Origin: Tetramitus jugosus
Taxonomy: Eukaryota > Protista > Heterolobosea
NCBI GenBank assembly: GCA_937625935.1
Contig: OW569390.1
Location: 186,001 to 250,000, forward strand
Length of the DNA stretch: 64,000 bases
Direction of reading: 5' to 3'
Shown here: positions 59,501-64,000 of the stretch, in pieces
Position numbering within the stretch: the stretch's first letter is position 1
Layout: each line of letters begins with the position of its first letter
Program-made: the position numbers and the translations under genes
Notes under the pieces: generated by a model
Databases searched by the model: none
The model's input: only the letters and a program-made list of their open reading frames with translations
What the model was told of the DNA's origin: nothing

Positions 59501-61102
59501 AATCGTCAAATGGGTGATTTTATTCGCTTACAACCAAACATGAAGGTCAACCTATTTCCTCAAGAAATTGAATTATCACAGTCGATGTCTCAAATAACAG
59601 CGATCTCTGCTGGAAGTAGCCACACTGCTGTTCTTGATAAGAACGGTAATCTTTGGATGATGGGTAACAACTCCCATGGTCAATGTGGCCTTGGAACATG
59701 CTCCTCAATATCAATTCTGACAAGAATAACTGACTTTGACAGGAGCAAGCTGCAAAACAAGGACAAAATTGTAATCAAATCTGTTTCTTGTGGTGAGTAC
59801 CATACCGCAGCTCTAACTGTGAATGGTATTTTGTATGTGTTTGGTAGTGACTATTGCGGTCAATTAGGAGTGAGAGAGCAAAGATTGAATGAATGCAAAC
59901 CACGCCGAGTACTTGGCTATCCGACTGACTTTATTGAAACTGTCGAGTGTAGCAAATATTACACTACGGTAGTTACAAAGCACGGTACTGTGTACACGTC
60001 GGGATCCGACAACCCATCGTCAGAGGATGTGAAATTATGTTCTCCAGTATCAACTGGAAGCAGTGTCATGTGTGCATCTTTTGGAGAAGAGTTTAAGGTG
60101 CTAGTTGTAGAATCTAGACCACGTACGAGCAAGAACAATCTCAAAATGCTCAGCAACGGGAATGAACTGTACAACATGAAACTGAACATCTCAGAGAACA
60201 CCTCTGTTCATCTTCATGAGTACATGATTGAACAACGATGTCCATTGTTCCCATCAGTACTATGTAACCGTCTGGGCACTATTGCTGACGTGACTGAGTT
60301 TAATCTAAAGCAGGAGTACCAATCAACATCAGAGAGAGTATTTACTTCACTTGTTGAGTTCATTTACACGGATCATATTGGCTTTTATGATTTGGAGATA
60401 AACAACGATATGAACAGTGCACCTCTCAGTGAAGAAGAACAAAAAGAGTTGCAAAGGTTAGCCAAACTTCTCCAACTAACTCGATTGGAAGAACTATGCT
60501 CTGGAAAGATAGTCACAACAAAAAACACTTTGGAAGCAAGTATGGTTCAACTATTGAGTCATTCAAACAATGACTGCCTCATTGAGACTAGTACGAATCC
60601 TGTGCCATGTCATGCCGCCCTTTTGGCTGCCCAAAGTGAGTATTTGAACTCTGTGCTCCTGTACGAAAAGGTCTCATCCATCAATCAAAACGTCATTCGT
60701 CTCAATCTTGATCAAGTCGATAATGCCTCAACAATCAGAGCTATCGTTCACTTTATCTATACCGGAAAGCTCAATCAAGAACTGATTAATTCCGATAATG
60801 CCTTGGATGTGCTCCGAGCTGCGGATCTGCTGTGTCTCAAGGAACTCAGGGAGGAAATGGAAAGCTGTCTGATGAATTTCATAGATCGCGCAAATGTATC
60901 CGTTGTCTTGGAGCACGCTGATTACTACGACTGGCAGCTGCTACGACAAAAATTAATCCTGTACATCATCAGGGAAGGTAACATCAAGCAAGTATTTGGT
61001 CAGAAAGCATTCCAAGAGCTGCGTCGCAATAACATCCTTCTCGCAGATGAAATCCAAAAATTTAATCGCGAGTTTGTCAAAGGAAAAATAAACCTCCGTT
61101 GA
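56543..61102 (+). CDS. TEP1/p80-type TROVE + vWA fused to RCC1 repeats and tandem BTB(-BACK)
   Basis: EFVLKLAHYVRIELGIRSTANFLL, IRLPSDW, FDVYQLAKYN, MKLPVPVTWETELS, KLPFMAMLRNLRN; vWA FVDVSESM; RCC1 VACGDYYT, GNNSHGQCGLG; BTB LVEFIYTD, CHAALLAAQSEYL..VHFIYTG. Confidence 0.9.
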   Translation: MEATNNEDDWGFYSNVVAPSRNSAPVQAFNSSKGRYRILNPKQKLLNLVCASLISEPSFFNDLSFSSLLPSRSDPYCTNSQYVALVQYLVFMVGDHVAKHEMLDLVLKISRRDCEFVLKLAHYVRIELGIRSTANFLLAAAAICPQSKQEYVKYYLSSIRLPSDWLEVCSFYVVIRRHLLRQWMTYHPDQTRVMRTLLKPMNSKEMENRLKELKDQVVPGRDIPHVLQKAMKEKFLDFDVYQLAKYNKEKSMKRKFLKKTFQERKSKAKQSSRTPEMSSVRGRGRGRGRGGSRVLNNRNSRNNVNWEDSAEQGGEDIPNDQPQQDIDYDSEDSEEVIDSDEESVDHVERPAVKKEQGSKKLKPSGELNNKPQFSMKKMIRQLHMTEPSEFVLSILGKKYPATEEEFTKQNLDKAPLTRVKGKRKDTELRQFDPLRVGTRMKLPVPVTWETELSATGNNATSWQNLIDSGKLPFMAMLRNLRNLLLTGISTSHHQVILNKLRDADTIKHSQQFPFRFFSAYQSIDIDLKQLRKYKKMSRDELAEMEATTSKIIIPENMPTEDLIKEYREALDKAVQHAVTNNIKQIQGTTAIFVDVSESMKNSVCSSAKAGNFTSAIEIGVLLGLMCNFVCQQSEFMIYSSPSLVYPDSNYQNMTRLIKQGHILENMKLVLRRVEQMGSVREFPLAYLKSITDKKTIVDQIVVLSDMQWDKDNTFTDSFVIQSMITQYRKKVNPNMLFICIDLFGSGSTLVNMNEGQTDPRNITITGFSDSILRFIAEKSDNAQLRHVQNIEVREPVLLLPAKKNNKKKKKSKGKKKKESHQPVLPLQNEVRFLSTPFKNQHSILVGHSFKKVVSKSKHCIFLTNEGAVYGMGKSGSIFSSNVEQPRLMLDQDMIQKLTEGRTKGEHVIDITSGTLHIAALTNLGTVFVMGCNTDNQLGRSTDTDYIHDMKPVIWENPTHITSVACGDYYTVFLTKEGKLFGCGRNDNRQMGDFIRLQPNMKVNLFPQEIELSQSMSQITAISAGSSHTAVLDKNGNLWMMGNNSHGQCGLGTCSSISILTRITDFDRSKLQNKDKIVIKSVSCGEYHTAALTVNGILYVFGSDYCGQLGVREQRLNECKPRRVLGYPTDFIETVECSKYYTTVVTKHGTVYTSGSDNPSSEDVKLCSPVSTGSSVMCASFGEEFKVLVVESRPRTSKNNLKMLSNGNELYNMKLNISENTSVHLHEYMIEQRCPLFPSVLCNRLGTIADVTEFNLKQEYQSTSERVFTSLVEFIYTDHIGFYDLEINNDMNSAPLSEEEQKELQRLAKLLQLTRLEELCSGKIVTTKNTLEASMVQLLSHSNNDCLIETSTNPVPCHAALLAAQSEYLNSVLLYEKVSSINQNVIRLNLDQVDNASTIRAIVHFIYTGKLNQELINSDNALDVLRAADLLCLKELREEMESCLMNFIDRANVSVVLEHADYYDWQLLRQKLILYIIREGNIKQVFGQKAFQELRRNNILLADEIQKFNREFVKGKINLR

Positions 61103-61883
61103 TAATTTGCGCTCACAAATAGCTTTTCTGTTTCTCTTGGCCAATTTTTGACTTTTCCGAGCGTTCCGAGCAGTTTTCTCTGCTTTTGGCCATCCGGACA
61201 AAGGTGAATCCGGTCGTGATTAACCTTGTCCTTCTTTAAAAGTTCCCGTTCCAACGCGTGTTGGATCAGACCTGTCTATGGCGACCAGTTTCACGAAGAA
61301 GTAATTGCAACCGTGAGTGCAGTGAAGATCAAATAATAACGAAACCTAATCAGACTAACCGTGTAAATTCTGGTTACTCTAATCTGTTCTTGTCGTATTG
61401 TATTGCCAGCAGTAAACCTTTCCAACGTAAATTGTCGCACAAAGGAATCCCAGGTCGAGTAATTCCACATACCCTCATCACAAAACCCTAAAAGATACGA
61501 ACCCCCGAGCACGGCCGAGCGACCATTGGAGGCCAAAGGAACAACACAGCTCCTGCCGAGACCAACAAAACTACTCATAAAAAAAAAGCACAACCAACAG
61601 CTAAACCACTTGGGAATTCAGCAAGGAAGAGGTCAACGGGCAGTCACAAATCTCTCCACACAGCACAATAACAATAATTGGACGACAGCAAACAAAAACC
61701 AATAACATAACCAATCAATCAACGAAACAAACAACAAATCGTCTTCAAATAGCTCAGATATCGGACCGAAAACTAACAAGTCAAATTGAAAAAGCTCCAT
61801 AACAACTGAACAAGAACAAAAAGGCAACAAAACAAGAACAAAAACAAGAAAGGCTTCCTCACGAATTTACTTTATTGCCAATC

Positions 61884-63759
61884 ATGAAATACAACGTCAC
61901 AAAGGATGAAATCCAACAACATTTCCATCTGCCGTTAGAAGAGGCAGCCAAAGCACTTGGCATATGTGCCAGTGTGCTCAAGAGAAGCTGCAGACAACAC
62001 GGCATCAAACGATGGCCCTATCGGAAGGTGAGTTCAACCACTTTTTTTAAGAAATTCCTTAGTGTTCCATTTTTGAGGAAAGGGATTTTCTTTTCAAATT
62101 TTTTGTTCCGTGCGAATCGCATCCATCACGGGTAGAAAGGGAATTTGAAAGCGCGATGTTTCTTTTAAGGAAACTTCATCCGAGCAACCCATTTTTGCTT
62201 CGCGCGATGTGAACGGTCACATTTGTCCGCTGTCTCATTTTTTGGACTACAGTACAGTAACTGACACACATCAACAATGCCTACTATTGTAATTATGATG
62301 ACTAAATATTTAGATCAAGAGTCTCAACAAGCGAAGATGCATGCTTCAAAATGGCAGCAAGAGCATGTACGAACAATTCAAGAAAATGAAGGAAGAGCTT
62401 GACATGATTAACCAGGAAAGAAAGGGTATCTTGGAGCTCATTGGAGCAGGAGGAAGCGTGGGTGATGATGATGAAACAGATGCAATTGACATTGATGAGA
62501 AAGAGCTGTATGAGAGTCACAGTGAAGATGGTGCTGAACAGCACTATGACGATGACAATGATGATGATGCAGGTGATAATGGCGAGTCAGTGAATCGACG
62601 GTCTTCGGGTGCTTCTGTTTCTTCCTCCTCTACTCCTCCATCATCCTTGTCAACATCACCTCACCATCGATTGCCACCTCATGTCCTGCCAACAACAAGT
62701 GTTGCAAAGCCATTGAAGCAACAACCACAAGAATTAGTCGTAGCACATGTACAACAACAACAACAACCACAGCATTATCCACCAATGCCACACGAATCAT
62801 TTGAACAGATGGCTCACAAGACTAGTCCAACCTCCATTCATAGCATTTTTGGTTCAACCAACACTGGTACCAATCGTGTGTCACCACATGGTCCTAACCA
62901 TAACAACAACCACCACAGTATGGGTTTGAATCCTTATGACAACACAAACCGACACATGCTTAGAAAGGGTGTCAATGATGCCATTCCGAGCATTAGTGAT
63001 TTGTTTGCTAGTGTCGACCAAGGTGCACCTTCTCCTTCAGTGAACAACTCTCATGCTGCTGCTGCTTCGTATCATGTGCCATCAGCTACATCACAAACAG
63101 CACAGCCAGTCAATGGTAGTGTACATTCTCACTACCATCATAGACAACAGCAGCAGCAGCTTCATCCATCTGCTGTCGCTCCTGATCAGTCCATGATGTC
63201 GTCATCGAATAGTGACCCTCTCATGGCGACTCATCCACTGGTGGGCCTTCTCCAACAATCGTGCAGTCAACTGTTTGCTACGAATCACGAAGGTCGCTTC
63301 ATTTGGATGAGTGATTCACTCAAACGAAACAATACTTGCATCTTTGGAGATGTGGAGAACCTGGGGAGGATATTGCACAGAGACAATGTGAGGTTCACAG
63401 AAAGGTCAAGAAGAATTTTTGCAGCTATTGTTGCAAGACCATTCCGCAAAGTGGACTTGGATATCATTGTACCAAGGAAGGACGGCGTCGTGTTTGCGAT
63501 GCAAGTTCATTCTGTGCGGTTGGACAGTGGTGCACCAAACTCACGTACCGATCCAATGACTGCCGCTGGACATTTATGGTATGTGGACAGTGTGAGCGTT
63601 CATCATCAGACACCACCTCACTTGTTAGCACCTTCAAGGTACATTGAATTGGATCATTACACAGAGTATGAAATGACAAGAGTGAATCCTCACTTCCGGT
63701 CACTCCAAGAGTTCGAAACAGAAAGTGTGAATATTTATATCACGAACATAGGTCAATAA
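61884..63759 (+). CDS. RWP-RK transcription factor with coiled coil and C-terminal PAS-like domain, 2 exons
   Basis: HFHLPLEEAAKALGICASVLKRSCRQHGIKRWPYRK|IKSL across intron 62028-62313; C-terminal FATNHEGRFIWMS...LHRD...RKDG PAS/PAC pattern. Confidence 0.88.
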
Positions 63760-64000
63760 TTGTACCAACCATGTAATAAATAACATCAAAAGTAATTTTG
63801 CTTCCTGTATGTTCTCAAACGAAACGGTTTTTGCAAGAATTTTACCGCGAATCCGACGCCCTACGGTCTCACATAATTATTGCAGAATGAACAATCACCT
63901 AGAAAATGATGTTGACCATAGGTTGAAGGGTATGTCAACTTGGAGATGTTAACTGTTTCCTCTCTACTGACATGATGTTGACTAGATGAAGCGTCAAAGC

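Noticed and set aside
785-61102. Functional cluster of ubiquitin/SUMO-system genes (WDR20, EloC-LRR, Ulp1, PPPDE, BTB)
   Set aside because: These families are large in protists and scattered among unrelated genes; no evidence of clustering.
1-64000. CRISPR arrays, tRNA or rRNA genes
   Set aside because: None recognisable; repeats are coding microsatellites, gene duplications or TE ends.

Overview
Gene-dense eukaryotic (protist) DNA: standard code, few short GT-AG introns with CTAAY branch points, and tiny intergenic gaps. The gene content (7TM-RGS receptors, RCC1/BTB fusions, RWP-RK, PPR) suggests a heterolobosean/Naegleria-like organism, which is an inference. The window has three zones. 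(1) 1-7.2 kb holds ordinary host genes: SLC26/STAS, WDR20, CWC25, an ElonginC-ElonginA-LRR fusion and an RCC1 protein. (2) 7.2-38.8 kb holds two head-to-head inverted copies of a giant adhesion-type receptor (propeller / beta-helix / fibrinogen-C / EGF / REJ / GPS / 7TM / RGS). The copies are a patchwork of near-identical and divergent blocks, and each carries one frameshift at a complementary position. They flank a ~15.5-kb island of nested DNA-transposon relics: hAT, CACTA/EnSpm-like x2, a complete MULE with TIRs and TSD, P-like, and a RAG1/Transib-like transposase next to Ulp1 and a convergent tandem-PHD gene. (3) 39-64 kb holds host genes: PPR, PhyH-HEAT, a RADX-like OB-fold protein, NmrA, a PQ-loop transporter, a PPPDE-like peptidase, guanine deaminase, a TEP1-type TROVE-vWA-RCC1-BTB fusion and an RWP-RK-PAS transcription factor. 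The best candidate novel system is the inverted receptor pair: one crossover (inversion of the island) would create one intact chimeric receptor from two broken copies. All calls come from motif recognition by eye; no searches were run.
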